From NCBI RefSeq assembly GCF_000143415.4, contig NW_003314278.1, positions 1,432,831-1,496,830 on the forward strand: a stretch of 64,000 bases of DNA. The letters run 5' to 3'. The position numbers were made by a program, and so were the translations under genes. The DNA comes from Selaginella moellendorffii. Its lineage: Eukaryota > Plantae > Lycopodiophyta. This document shows, piece after piece, positions 49,216-62,965 of this stretch (positions within the stretch are counted from its first letter, which is position 1; every line of letters starts with the position of its first letter). A model generated the notes under the pieces. It worked only from the letters and a program-made list of their open reading frames with translations. It ran no database searches and was not told where the DNA came from.

Positions 49216-49573
49216 CAAGGTTTATACGGTACTACATTCCGAATACACATCTGATTTAACATTAAAACAGACCATTGTACACCTTTGGTCACGTAAAAGA
49301 AGTAGCTGGCCTGTCAAGGTTCGCCGGCGTGATTCGTCGGTCAGATCGTTCGTCATGTTCAGCTATTCACGTCGCGTGCTTGGTCGAAATCAAAAGATTC
49401 GCAATGTTTTCTAAGATAGATTGGTATTGATTCTGTCCACAAGCCGCCATGATCTACAGAATGATTGCTGAACCAAAATGCACATAGACAGCTGGACGGA
49501 CATGGCACGTCATATAATAACCCCATCAAACATGCATATGTAAGAAGTTCCAGATTCCTCCTCCCACAGCATC

Positions 49574-51668
49574 ATGTCTAGTGTGCAGGATCTTGAGTTG
49601 CAGCAGCAGCCAAGTGATAATCTTAGCGACCAAAGTGACTCTAATGCTCCCCATGAATCTTCTTCTTCTTCTTCTTCTCCGTCCAGTTCTCCTTCATCAT
49701 CCACTTCTTTGTCAGCCGCTCCTCAAGCATCTCCATGGGGAAAGCTAATCTGGCACACAATCATTTGCCTCCTTGTCTCAGCACACATGGCTACATTTGT
49801 GAATTACCTCGGTTACAGGTTCTATGTCTACTCCAAGCATCCCGGCGAGTTTGTGAGAAGGCCGTGGCTGATAATTCTGACGATCTGCGAGGTGATATAC
49901 TTTCTGAATAGCGTTATTGGAGCTGTGGATCTGGTGTTACCACCTCGAATATGGAGGCCCCGTCAGAGTTTGTCGTTGAATTGGGAAGATCTTCCGACGG
50001 TTGACATATTTCTTCCCTGCTGCAAAGAGCCCACTGACGTTCCAGAGGATTCGATTCAGGCTGCCCTGGCTATGGATTATCCCAAGCACCAGTTTCGAGT
50101 TTTGGTCCTGGATGATGGAGGGGACGATCAGCTGAAACAATACTGTGAGGTATTGGAGCATGTCGAGCCTCCGAGTGCTTCGGTCCGATATCTTCGTCGA
50201 GTAAAGGTCAGCTTTTAACTTTTCTAACAGTTCTTTTTACATGACCATTTGTTACAGATTCCAGGAGTTCCACACAACTTCAAATGCGGTAACCTTAACT
50301 ACGGCCTGGAGCATTCGGACGCAGAGTTCGTGGTGATGATGGACGCAGACATGATACTTCACCCATCGTTCCTGAAGACTTTACTTCCTCATATCGTGAA
50401 AGACCCCAAAGTGTCATTCGTACAGATACCTCAGTCGTTTTACAACCTTCCGGTGGGAGATCCTCTAAACGATGCTTGCGGATTTTGCTACGAGCGTCTC
50501 ATGATTCACAGGGACACATTTGGGGCCGCACCGTGCGTTGGAACTGGAGCAATCTTCCGAAGGAAACATCTGGACGAGATTGGAGGCTTCCAGCCAATGT
50601 CAATCACAGAAGACACCACGACCGCATTCAAGCTCTTCAACCAGGGCTTCAAGTCCGTCTACCTCAACCGCAACCTTCAGGTCTGCTGTTGCTCAAAACA
50701 CGGTGACTTTTGTTGACTCCACCTTTGATTGTTAGATTGGTCTTATACCGTGGACGTTTGAAGGATATATCAAGCAGCGGCAGCGGTGGTGCCAGGGAGC
50801 TATACAACAATTCTCTGCGACATGGAGAGAGATGCTTGGGCCAAAGAGCAAACTCTCCTTGGTTCTCAAAGTGAGTTTCTTCTGGCACACGGGATACTAC
50901 TTCATCGCAATCGTCAACCTTGTTATGCTTCTCCTCTTCATCGTTTGTCTTGCACTTCACTTGGACCTCATGATCGGCACCTCCCATGAGGCGTGGCGTG
51001 TTATCATACAGCTCGCCATCTTCCTCATTTTCTGGCGCCTTTCTTGGATGTCAGTCTGGCTCAGTCTTCCACAATCCATCCGGAGTCGTAACCGGGACGA
51101 GTCACATTTCTGGTGGATGACACCCTTCTTCCTCCAAACCATATATAAGTCCATCTTTTCGTACTCTTCCACTTTCACATTCACTCCAACAAGCAGCATC
51201 GATCGAGTTGCAGCACAGGCCAAGCTCACCAAGCAGCCAGCCTTGATCAAAATTTTCCTTGTCAAGCTCAAACATGTAAAGGTTCACATCATCTATATAC
51301 TCCTGGTCTTGGCAGTGGTGGCCTACAGAATTTCCTGGGTAGCGAAGCAAAGAGGCCGAAATTGCAGCCATGATTTTTACGTGATCGCAATGTCCTTCTT
51401 TCTTCTTTCAACTTGGACACACATGCTTGTACCAATTGTGTACATTTTGTGTCCGCCCAGCTACAAGCCTGGGCAGCGCAAGGGGCTGCTTCACTACAGG
51501 GAAAAGGTTCCACATTTCGTGGAGGGAGACCATCTCCCAAAGTGGCACTGGTCAGCCATGTTTTACGAGGCCATAGCTAACGTGGTTGTGGTGATTTTCT
51601 GGGTGGCAGCACTTGTTATTGCTGTCACTAAGGCAGTTTGCCAATGGTGTAAAACTGGTGCTATATAA
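49574..51668 (+). CDS. Processive GT2 glucan synthase of bacterial BcsA/fungal type, 662 aa; exons 49574-50206, 50258-50680, 50736-51668
   Basis: VDIFLPCCKEP, VLDDG, HNFKCGNLN, DAD, VQIPQSF, CVGTGAIFRR, SITED, QRQRW; 2 N-terminal and several C-terminal hydrophobic segments; both introns are phase 0 GT-AG. Confidence 0.9.
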
Positions 51669-52079
51669 AAGCTTACATAAAGTCTTGTTTAAAGGAATGC
51701 GCCAGTGGACTTTTGTCACGCCATCTGCTAGCACAGGTACTTTTACTACGTCCAGCCTGATGTTGCCTGGACAAGCTGTACCACACCATCAAACGTATGA
51801 AAGACGATGGCACGATGTATAACGTTCAGGGCTTTCTGCTCATCAGCATGATGAGCATGAAGGACTTGTTTGAGGGGCGATTTGGTGATGGACAATTGTG
51901 TGCTATCCAAGACTATCAGCTGTCATTCTGGTTGGAAGACTTGCTTCGACAGGTTAACTACAAGGCTTAATGTCCGGATATAATAAAAGTCTACTTGGCA
52001 TTTTTCACTTGGGACGCTATTAATTATTTAGACATAAACCTTGACAGCATACATCTCCACAACTTCAACACATTCAACT

Positions 52080-55000
52080 TGGTTGGGTGAATACTAATTC
52101 AAGGTGGTGTCAAATTAAATTTTTAACTTCATCCTTGGTATAGATTGGTTACAATGTAATCATGCCAAATGTGACTTTAAAGCTTATCCCTTTTGTTTCA
52201 TACTTTTTTATATTTCATTCATTCCTTTCACTTCTATACTTTTTCATCCCTTTACTTCTACCTTTGCTTTTATTACTTTTATCTCTCTATTGTTTCCTTC
52301 TATGTTTCTATCTTATTCCGCTCTTTTCTTTTTGGATCCCTTTGACGGTCTTTGTGTTGTAGTGGTTGACTGGCTTATGAAGGAGTATGCCAATCTCTTT
52401 AAATTTGACCTATCGTCTAGGGCCAAGATTGCCACACGTTATCCAATTTCAACTGGGGATGCTTGTCCAATCAAGGTTTTTATTCATCGTCGGTCACCCA
52501 AAGAGATCAATATTTTACATGCAAACATTTTAAAAAGGGTGTTATTCAAAAGTCGTGAAGTCTTTGGGCATGTGAACCTTATCTTCTGATGAAGCCTGAT
52601 AAAAGTATTTGCCTTTGCATTTACTATCATTCATTAAATGAAGTGACAATCCCAAATGCATACCCTCTTCCTCACATTGTTAATTGCTTGGATCGTTTGG
52701 GGAGAAGTCATTGGTTCATCAAGTTCGATTTTGCTTTTGGGTACTAACAAATACTAATAGCCGAAGAAGAAATTCCTAAGACTACTTTTTATACACCATT
52801 TGGTTTGTACAAGTTCTTTGTGATGCCATTTAGTTGAAACAATGCTTTAGCAACTTTCCAGTGGATGATGGACAAGGTTCTTTGTGATATGCCGAAGGTA
52901 ATTACTGACTTTATTGATGAGTCTTGATTCAATTGGAAGGGATCTGGGAAGAACATGTCTATAATATTCGTAAAGTGTTATATTGGTTTAAAATTGAAGT
53001 AGTCAAAGTGTGTGTTTGGGTCCAAGAACATGATTTATCTTGGATACCATATTTCTCATGAGGGTTTGCAAGTTGATTCTGACAAACTTGTGGTTGTTTT
53101 AAAGTTTCTTACTTTAAAGTGTGTGAATAATGTGCAATGCTTTCTAGGCAAAATGCAATATTTTAGTCATTTTATAAATCATTTTTTTGATTGCATTGCA
53201 CCATTGCAAGCTTTGCTAACGTCATCAATATCATCTTTTATTCGGTTTACAGATTGGAGCGGGCATTCATGGATCTCAAAGAGTTATTGACAACCCCTTT
53301 AGATTTGGCATATCCTAACTACACTCAACCTTTCATTTTGCACGTGGATATTTTTGATATTGGTTTTAGAGGTGTGTTGATGAAAGAGAGCTCAAGTGTT
53401 CCTGGTCAGTGCCATCCTATTACATACATCAGCTGTACATTACAACTAATGGACGTGAACTACTCCACAATAGAGAAGAAGTGTTTAGTAGCAATTTAGG
53501 GTTTCAAGAAACTTCATGCATATCTATATGATTCTCGAATGTTACTAAAAGGTGATCATGCTGCCGTTACTTCATTATTGAAGAGGAAGAACTTAGTTGA
53601 TCGTATTGGTTGGTGGGTTTTGAAACTTCAGATATATGATTTTGATGTTATTCATTACTCGGGAAATTTTATAACTGATGTTAATGCCTTTTCTTGAGCT
53701 TTTCTTCTTTGCTCTCTTCTCATGTTTCTGACAAGCCTATTGTTCCAGCATCTATATCTTTTCTAGACGAGGATTTTTTGCTCTTGATGGTTTCTATACT
53801 TGACGTTCAGTATCCACAAAGTGTAGAGCAAGATTTACTTTCTTTTGTTGAGGTTTTCAAGGCTCAAAAGATTGAGCTATGGATTCAAAAGTTTCGAGAT
53901 GGGTTTGAGAATCCTGTATAATAACCTGTCATTTTAACATTTAAATTCTCAATATCACCTTGAAGACAACTTTCTTTATTTTGTAGGAACAGATCTTAAT
54001 GATCATTTATGGATAGTGGTGCCTTCAATCTTTATTTTACGATTTTTCCATGCCTACCATGATTCTCTTATTCTAAGTGGGCATATAGAATATCATCATA
54101 TGACTGAGAATCTACATAAGTCTTTTTATTGGCCGGAGATGCAACGTGATGTTATTTAGTATGTGCGTAGTTGTGTTTAGTGCCAAACTTATAACACTCC
54201 CCCTCATGCTACAGAAGGACAGTTGGAGTCAATTGTAATTTCCCGTTCATTTAAGTTGGTGGTGTTTGATCTAATGGGACCTTTTCCATGATTAACTATT
54301 GGCAATGAGTATGTTATTATTGCTTCTGACTACTTGACTTACTGAGTGAAAGTTGGTGCTCTTACTAGTGCCTTTGCAATTGCTGTTAGATACTTCCTTT
54401 TCAATCGAATAGTGTTCTAGCATTTTTATCCAAACTAGATTCTTTTGGATAATGGTCCCATATTTATAGTTGAGGCATTTCATGTTTTGACATCTTGGTT
54501 GGGGATACTTTCACAAGTGTTTATCATCCACAGTTAAATGATTTAATGAAATAGCTCATTTGGACCTTCAAAAAGATGATTGCAAAGTACGTAAACTTTC
54601 AACATTCGGAATGGATGGTTATTTGCCATCTGTTCAGTATGCATATGTCATAGGGGTGTAGAGTTCTATTGGTGCTTCACCATATAAACTCCTATATGGT
54701 TATGATCCAATATTATCAACGGAGTTGGGTTTACTTTTGTGATTGCCATGAGCTGCTGATGCTAAGTTATGGGATTAATATTTGACAAGCATTTTTTCAC
54801 TTGTCTGAGCAAAGTCTGCTAAACATCTAGGTCATGTATAAGTGGGACACCAACAATGGTACAACTCCCATTATCATCCACCTGTGGAGTACAAAGTGGA
54901 TTATTTGGTGTTAGTCTATTTTTCCCATCTTACAGTATGTGATTTATTTAAAAAGCTCTTTGCTCAGTGGAAAGGACTGTATCGGGTGTTGTGGCAAGTT

Positions 55001-55340
55001 GGACCACAAGTTCATGAGGTTCAACATGATGTCTAGCAAACCGATCCCCTAAAAATTATGCATGTGCAACGGTTGAAACAATTTGTACAAAGGGATCAAG
55101 AACAATTGATACCATCTATAGATCCACTAATACCTCCTTTTGATGTTCCTCTAGATCCCGGCCCATTTACAAAAGAACCCTGATAGCCTTCCATTATTCC
55201 GAGAGGAGGGAATGATGTGAGGTCTAAGTATACAATTACGATGCCATATATTAATATTAGCATAGTGGGATTTTAGTAGCCGTTAAATTAGTTTCAATTT
55301 GGACCATTATAATCCATAAAATGTCATTATAGCAAACTTT
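52080..55340 (+). mobile_element. Degenerate Ty3/gypsy pol (PR-RT-RH-INT) with PPT and 3' LTR starting at 55213
   Basis: ILGIDWL, PFGLYKFFVMPF, YLGYHIS..GLQVD, LAYPNYTQPFILHVD, NYSTIEKKCLVAI, FYWPEM, DNGP; PPT GAGAGGAGGGAA followed by TG. Confidence 0.88.
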
Positions 55341-55360
55341 TATTTATATATTTTCTCACT

Positions 55361-55500
55361 TGTAAACTTTTGAATTTAGACTTCTTGGGATATGACCTAG
55401 CCCAGTACTACTTAAACCCAAAAACACAAATACCTTAAAATCTTTAATGGGTGCATTCTTCTATATTTAAACCCCAATGGATCGTCTTTGATTGATTACA
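55361..55500 (-). mobile_element. Old, deleted Cassandra solo LTR
   Basis: tgtaaactttTgaattTagacttc..gcccagtacta..aaaccca..gggtgca..ctatattt.aacccc.atggatcgtct..ttaca. Confidence 0.65.
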
Positions 55501-57182
55501 CTATTATATTAATTTAGATTGATGACCTTTATGCTCATCCAATACTATTTATAAGAGGTTAAACTTAGTTTTTTTTTCTCCACATCCTCCTTATCCCCCC
55601 TTCTTAAAGAAAAAATAGTTTTAAAGCATTAACTCTATTTAGATTTATTGCATTTATCCTCACTCTACCATCTTTGTTTAGCCTCACTTCAATATCACAT
55701 TTATTTAGCGTTATTATATTGAGGTTAAATATTCTGTTCAACCTCTTTATACCCATCTTCATTCCATAATTTATGTAATTTATCTTTGCTCCACTATTAT
55801 ATTTGCTCATCCTCATTTCATCATTAGGGTTAACTTCCCATCCATCTTTTTTACCTCCTCCTCCAAAAAAGAAAAATAGTTAAAGCATTGAGGCAAAAAG
55901 GAAAAAGTGAGAAAAATTGAGAAAGAAACATAATAGAAGAAAAAAGAGTGGATAAAGAAGTATTAAAAGTAGATTTTTTAGCAATTTTCAAGGAAGAAAT
56001 AAGGAAATAAAAAATATATATATATTCAAAACTTGGATAATAAGGGACCTCTTTTTAGAAGAGACTCCAGAAACAAAAATGCTAGATAATAAAAGATATC
56101 CTATTATAAAATGTATGAGCCAAAACTAAATAAGTAAGAAACAACCTTTTTAATACACTTGAGATAAGAAAATTAAAGGAGAATTCCAACTCTTAAGAGA
56201 ATGAAAGAATTTCTTAGTAATAATAGTTAGGCAAATACTCTTAATGGCACTCATAACTAGTGAAACAAATTCAATCAAACTTATAACAAAAATGACTCAA
56301 CCCTTGGAACATAGAAACTAATTAAAGACTTTGTAAATAAAATAAAAAAAAGATTTTCCACTTCATGCACATACTCAATATCTAGATTAGTATGAAGATA
56401 GAAAACACTCAATTCAATACTAGATAAAAAATGAGAATCATATGAGTCACAAATAATTGACGTGCCAAGAGAAGGATTAGAAAAAAACACTAAAAGTCTA
56501 AAGACGTGGCAAAAGTTAGAAAATAAGAAAAACTTGAGAATAAGTATAAAGTAAAAAGAAAGGATCAAAATGCATATTGAAAGATTAACACCTATCTTAT
56601 AGAATGTATGATTTATCTTTATAATTATCTCCAAAACAATTGATTTTCTTGTCAATATCAAAAATTCACTTGAACTTGTATAGATCATATTCTTATAAGC
56701 TTGATCCTTGATTTAAAAACTAGACTCTAACTCTCTAATTAATGTCACAATTATATTTCACATCAATGGGGGATAGTAGGACACCAAGAACAAGAAACAC
56801 TATGTAATTATATCTTATAGAAATTGGTAATAGCAACATATTAAAGATGCACACAACATAAGTATGAGCATTCCCCATAGTACTAAAAACTTGATCCAAT
56901 AGAGCAATATCAATAGCCTCAAGTGACATGATGATAGTATGGTATTGTGGAAGAAAAGGATGTAATGGCAATTGAAAACGGAAATATAAATTTGATATCT
57001 ACAATTTTAAATTTAGAAAAAAGTAACATAGATTAAATCTAAAAGAGAACAAAGGAATAAAAACAAAAGCATGATTTAAACCAGTAGAGTTTAAACCCCT
57101 GTTTATAATATAGAAATGGATAGACTCCAAAAAACTGTTCTATATATTATGCTTTTAAAATTCATATATTACCTAATGAAGG

Positions 57183-57300
<118 letters not shown>

Positions 57301-57376
57301 CCACTAATGTAAATTAAAGTCTTCTAGACATTTTTAAACATGCATTTGGATATGCTAACCATTATGACTATATCTT

Positions 57377-57969
57377 TGTAAGCTCCTGAGTTTGGACTTC
57401 CCGGGAGGTCACCCAGCCCAGTACTATTCTAACCCAAGGACGCTTAACCTTAAATATCCCAAGACCCTTAACCGATTGGAAAAAAGGGTGCACTCTTGTT
57501 CATGGGCCCTTTCCCTCTATATTTGAACCCCATAGATCGTCTCTCAAGTCGTTCCCTTTGGTTGCTTTCAATCCACCACGCTTCCCTGCAAGTTCACGCC
57601 CTCGTGAACGGAAGCTGAGAGCCGCAACTCTCCTGAGAGCCCCGCTCTCTTGACACCCTACCCCTCGGGTCGAGCCCAACGGGAACAAACTGGACCAGCC
57701 AGATGTCAATCAACATGTGGTGTGATTCCCTTAGCCAACCAACAGAGTCGGACCCGAGACCTCTCTGATACCAAATGTAAGCTCCTGAATTTGGACTTCC
57801 CGGGAGGTCACCCAGCCCAGTACTATTCAAACCCAAAGACGCTTAACCTCAAATATCCCAAGACCCTTAACCGATTAGAAAAGGGGGTGCACTCTTGTTC
57901 ATGGGCCCTTTCCCTCTATATTTGAACCTCATGGATCGTTTCTCAAGTCGTTCCCTTTGGTTGCTTACA
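57377..57969 (-). mobile_element. Second complete Cassandra TRIM (LTRs 57377-57570, 57776-57969)
   Basis: TSD ATCTT (57372-76 and 57970-74); same PBS, PPT and 5S segment; the LTRs differ at several sites. Confidence 0.93.
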
Positions 57970-58033
57970 ATCTTCTAGCAATTGCATTGTCTTTATCAAG
58001 GGTCATTTGAGATTTGGATCTTCTGTATATGTC

Positions 58034-58483
58034 NNNNNNNNNNNNNNNNNNNNNNNNNNNNNNNNNNNNNNNNNNNNNNNNNNNNNNNNNNNNNNNNNNN
58101 NNNNNNNNNNNNNNNNNNNNNNNNNNNNNNNNNNNNNNNNNNNNNNNNNNNNNNNNNNNNNNNNNNNNNNNNNNNNNNNNNNNNNNNNNNNNNNNNNNNN
58201 NNNNNNNNNNNNNNNNNNNNNNNNNNNNNNNNNNNNNNNNNNNNNNNNNNNNNNNNNNNNNNNNNNNNNNNNNNNNNNNNNNNNNNNNNNNNNNNNNNNN
58301 NNNNNNNNNNNNNNNNNNNNNNNNNNNNNNNNNNNNNNNNNNNNNNNNNNNNNNNNNNNNNNNNNNNNNNNNNNNNNNNNNNNNNNNNNNNNNNNNNNNN
58401 NNNNNNNNNNNNNNNNNNNNNNNNNNNNNNNNNNNNNNNNNNNNNNNNNNNNNNNNNNNNNNNNNNNNNNNNNNNNNNNNNNN
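58034..58483. other. Assembly gap (N run)
   Basis: Ns. Confidence 1.
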
Positions 58484-61400
58484 TTGAGACTTGAATAGTT
58501 TCCTTGCTTTCAGGCTTGCTAGGAACTACCGTGTTTGCAATTTTATGCTACTAGTGCAATTATATCAAGTATGACTTTGAGGATTCTCCCTTTTGTCTTC
58601 TACTCCCTTATATAATTTCCATTCCATTTCATCCCTTTAGTTTTACATTTAAAGATCTCTCTATTACTTTTTATCTTATTTCCTTTTTATTTTTTTATTC
58701 CTTCTCCAAATCAGGCTTTGTGTTACAGCTTTAAAAGTATATTAATCTCTTCAATTTTAACCTAGAGTCAAGATTAAAACTTTTCATCCTATTCCATTTA
58801 AAGATGCCACCACCACCATCACTATTACTACCACCACCTCCACCTTTACTCTTCACAGTTTGACTATCAGTAAAAATTCTTGAAGTTAGGCAATCTAATG
58901 GTGTTTATGATAAAGAACTTGACAAATAGCAAAAGTTGCAAACATTCCTAATAATGTGGTGGAAAAGTGCTTCTAGAATACTAATATGTGAATAAAGGGA
59001 AAAATAGTTCACCAAAATTTTGAGATGCTCAAATAGCCAAAACCTAGTGACTTAATTAGTGAAATTCTTCTTTGTCATTTGTAGCAGATGAACATTGTGT
59101 GCACAGCATTTAGGTATATTAACCTGAACATATTCAAATATAATGGCCTTTCAACAAATATTGATATTTTTTTGTTTTATTTTGCAAGTTAAGAACAACA
59201 AAAATTGTTACTATCATACTTGAGATCACATTTGAGATCACACTCAACTTGGAGGAGGAAGTCCTTTAAATTTGATAACATGTTTATCAGCCATTTTAAA
59301 ATTTAATAGTTTGTTGTTCTAAATTATTGAAGGTAGGTTTAGATGAATTGATTTTCACAATAATTCTTTTTACCATATCAACGTTCTAATCAACTATATT
59401 TATGCGAGAGGACCTTTGGATGTTAACAGACTTCTCTTGGCTTGCCAAAAGATTAATGTGTAAATTTATTAAAATTTCACCTTCAACTCCACTTTAACTT
59501 GCTTTATCATGTTTGAATGTAAATTTGGGTAGTTTTCTATTCAAAAGCAAAATTTTATCCATAACATTGAACAACTCCATTTTTTCACTCAAAATGATGA
59601 TACAACATGGTTTAACAACTCAATCAACTTTATACTTGTAATGTGGTGGAAGGTATATTTTTCCCTTTTACTTTATAAAAACCTCTTTTTATTGTTTTAG
59701 TTTCCAACCATTGGTGAAGGTTAAGCTTGGGGCACCTTTACTATATCCTCTAGATTTTTTGCAACAGTTTATTGTGATGCTTTGGATGCAAGTGTAGGTT
59801 TAGTTCTTTGTCAAAGAGATAACTTTATAGCTTTTGATAGCTAGTGTTTTTCAATATTGGAGTTTTGCCTCGTTTATGAGCAAAAGATACTTGCAATCAT
59901 CCACTATTTTAAAGTGGCAACATTATCTTTTGACTTGGCATTTCATTCTTTACATTGATCATTATAGTCTCAAGTTTATCTTAGAGCAACAACATCTCTC
60001 CAAGAAATAATAGTAGTGGATTGAGATTCTCCAAGTTTTGGACTTCACAATCAAATTTTTTCTAGGAAAAAGTAATATCCTTCCTGATGCTTTATCATGT
60101 TGCTTTGAGCGACCAAAAACATCCTTTTTATTTAACATTTCCATATAGGAAGTTGCATATATTAACAAAATGTAAGAAGGATATGAATCAAATCTAGACT
60201 TAGTAGTAATTTAGCATTCTTTCCATTCTAACAAGGACTACACTCATGATAAGTATATATATCATGACAACCTCTTTGTGGAGGAAAGGTGTGGCTGTTT
60301 TGAGTGCTTATCATGATCTCCACAAGAATATTTTTTAAGAATGCCACTCAAGTATTTTGGCTAGACATCTAGAAGTCAAAGGAATTACAATTGTTATTTG
60401 ACAATGGTTTTACTAAAAGGGCTTGCAAAGGGAGATCCAAAAATGGATTTAGGAATGAAGTTTATGAAATTATGAAGGTAGAAATTATAGCTATTCTAAG
60501 AATTATTTTGCCATTACCATTGGTTACAGCATTTTTTTGTAGCATTTCTATGGAATTTATTGTTGGCCTTCTACTAGTGCGAAGTTATGATTCCATCTTC
60601 GTGGTGGTAAACTATTCAACAAAGGTGCCCATTTTATTTTGACATTAACAACCACTTCAGCTTAACAAGTTGCTGAGGTGTTTTAGTTAGAAGTGGTTCA
60701 TCACCATGGACTTCCTCAAGATATTGTTTCTTACTAGTATATTAAGTTTATAAGTACATTTTGGATATTTACATTCTGTCACTTAGGTGTCTAGTTGAAT
60801 TTTTCTAGCGCCTATCACCCTCAGAGTGATGGTTAGATAAAGCACACTAATCAGACGTTAAAGGCTTTTTTTGGCAACTTTACCTTGGACAAATATTGTT
60901 CTTAGCTGTGGTGGCTACTTTTTGCTGGGTTTGTATATAACACAATTTCCATTTGGCTATCAGTATAGCTCATTTCATGGCGTTATATAGTTGCAAGTTT
61001 CCAGTTTTTAGTGAGACAATTCACACTTCAAATGTACTCCTCTATATTCATGAGATGGAGATTTTTCAGCAGTCATTACATTGTTGTTTGGAAGTGATTT
61101 GCCATGTTATAAAAGTTTCAGTTGACAAATTTTGTTCTTTCTGAGAATTCCAAGTTGGGGATTAGGTTTATATCAAGTTTCACTTAAAAAAACATATTTT
61201 GGGTTGTTGTGCTATTGTTAGGAGAGCTTAGAGTTGAGTGAGATTCCCTAGAATATTTTACTATTGGAATATTTTAGGGGTATGGGGTGCAGTGGTATAT
61301 TCTTTTTCTTCCTCATTTTCTATGTTCATATGAGAAATATGTTTGAGTAGAATTTTAAAGTATGACAGAGTATTCCCCCCACCATTGAGAGGCTTCCTTT
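58484..61400 (+). mobile_element. Degenerate Ty3/gypsy pol fragments
   Basis: 58560-58810 resembles 52170-52460; RH-like DASVGLVLCQ; INT-like SISMEFIVGL and AYHPQSDG..HTNQTL. Confidence 0.75.
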
Positions 61401-62965
61401 TCAACATTTGGCAACTCCATTAAAGAGGATTGCTTTCTAGTGAATCCTCCTTTTATTCTTTGGTTTTTCTTGGGGTTTTGGAGTATATTTTTGAGAAATT
61501 TGAGTTGTGGTGATGATGTTGAAATTGGAGAAATCTTAGAAGTAAGGAGGGATGTTATAAGCACCATGCTCAAATGCTAAAGATTTCTTGAGTTTTCTTT
61601 CTTTTTGGACAAGGTAAATTGGTTTTCTTTTCTTCATGGCTCATTAGGGAATTAATTCAAGAAATAGCAATCACAAGCTTGTAGATCTTGGTTTAATGGA
61701 TATAGTTTAATATCAAAAATTCTTGGATTTGGTGCAACAATCAGTACATTAACTTTCATTTCTTCACAACGTGCATAATAATAACTTTGGAAACTTAACA
61801 CAAGCTAGATACATCACCATTTCAATCTTTCTGAGGCACTTGTGATAGATTTATTCACAAAGTTTCTTTAAAGGGTTTGTATATGAGATTTGAGTTAGTT
61901 TGGAGTGATTTAGAGTAATTTTTCTCTCACACTTATTTATTTCGAGTGTGAGGAAAGATTTTTAGAGTTTCTTATTGTTTCTTGGGAGGAAAATTTTCAA
62001 TCTTTTCTACATAGAGTTATAAAGGAGATAGAGAGTTTTCTCCTAAACCCAAGAGCATGATTTTAGGAACTTTATGCTTTGAGATTTGTTATATTTTTCT
62101 CTTGAGATAAGTACTTGCCACAATTGAGATAATTAAATGAATTTCTTTGAGTTTTTCTTTACAAGTTTGAGTGTATTTTTTATTAAAGTGTTTTCTTGTT
62201 TAGGTTGTGAGGAAGGATTTTATTCTTTCTTTGATTTTGCCATAAGTCCTTTGTTATAAATTTTGTCTCAAAGCTAAATTTTTTTTTTATAAGTGAGTAC
62301 CCTTTGCAATTCATCAATTTCTCTTTTGTTTGAGTGGTATTTGGTCAAGAGGTCACTTTCATAAATTCTTAAGTATAAAACAAATGTTAAAAGGCATTTC
62401 TGGGCATTTTATTATGTGTTTTAGAGCATGTGGTAAGTGCATTACCCTCACAAATAGTTTATTTTTGCTTAGGGTTATCCCATGATCAAGAATTTGTTGC
62501 ATTTTACATATTTCATGCCTGTATATATGAGGAGTATAGGCATGTGATTGGTTCTTAGTTCTCTTTCAACTCCCCATGTATGAGAAAAGTTCTTCAAGCT
62601 TCAACAAGAGCTAAATTATCATTTTGCTTTGTTAGAGTAAGGATTTACCATCCAATACAAATATTATGTTAGAAAATTTATGTAGCACCTCTCCACCTTA
62701 GATTTTTCCTCAAGCTATAGATCCACCACTTCTAAAAAGGCCAAGAGATGTTCCTAGAGATCCTGAGTACCAACTAATAATTGCAAATCAACCAAGGATG
62801 GCATAATAACTTCCACCACCTCTATAGCATGGGTTTGAGTTTTCCTTTTTTGAGCCAAGGATAAGCATTTTAGTGGAGGATCACTTTGCAGCATCATCTT
62901 TTTATTGTGTTAACAATCGGATTACAAATAACATGACCAAGTGCGAAACATTCACTCAATTGATA

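Noticed and set aside
49574-51668. Bacterial contamination explaining the BcsA-like gene
   Set aside because: It has two canonical host-sized spliceosomal introns and a TATA-like element, and it is contiguous with plant TEs
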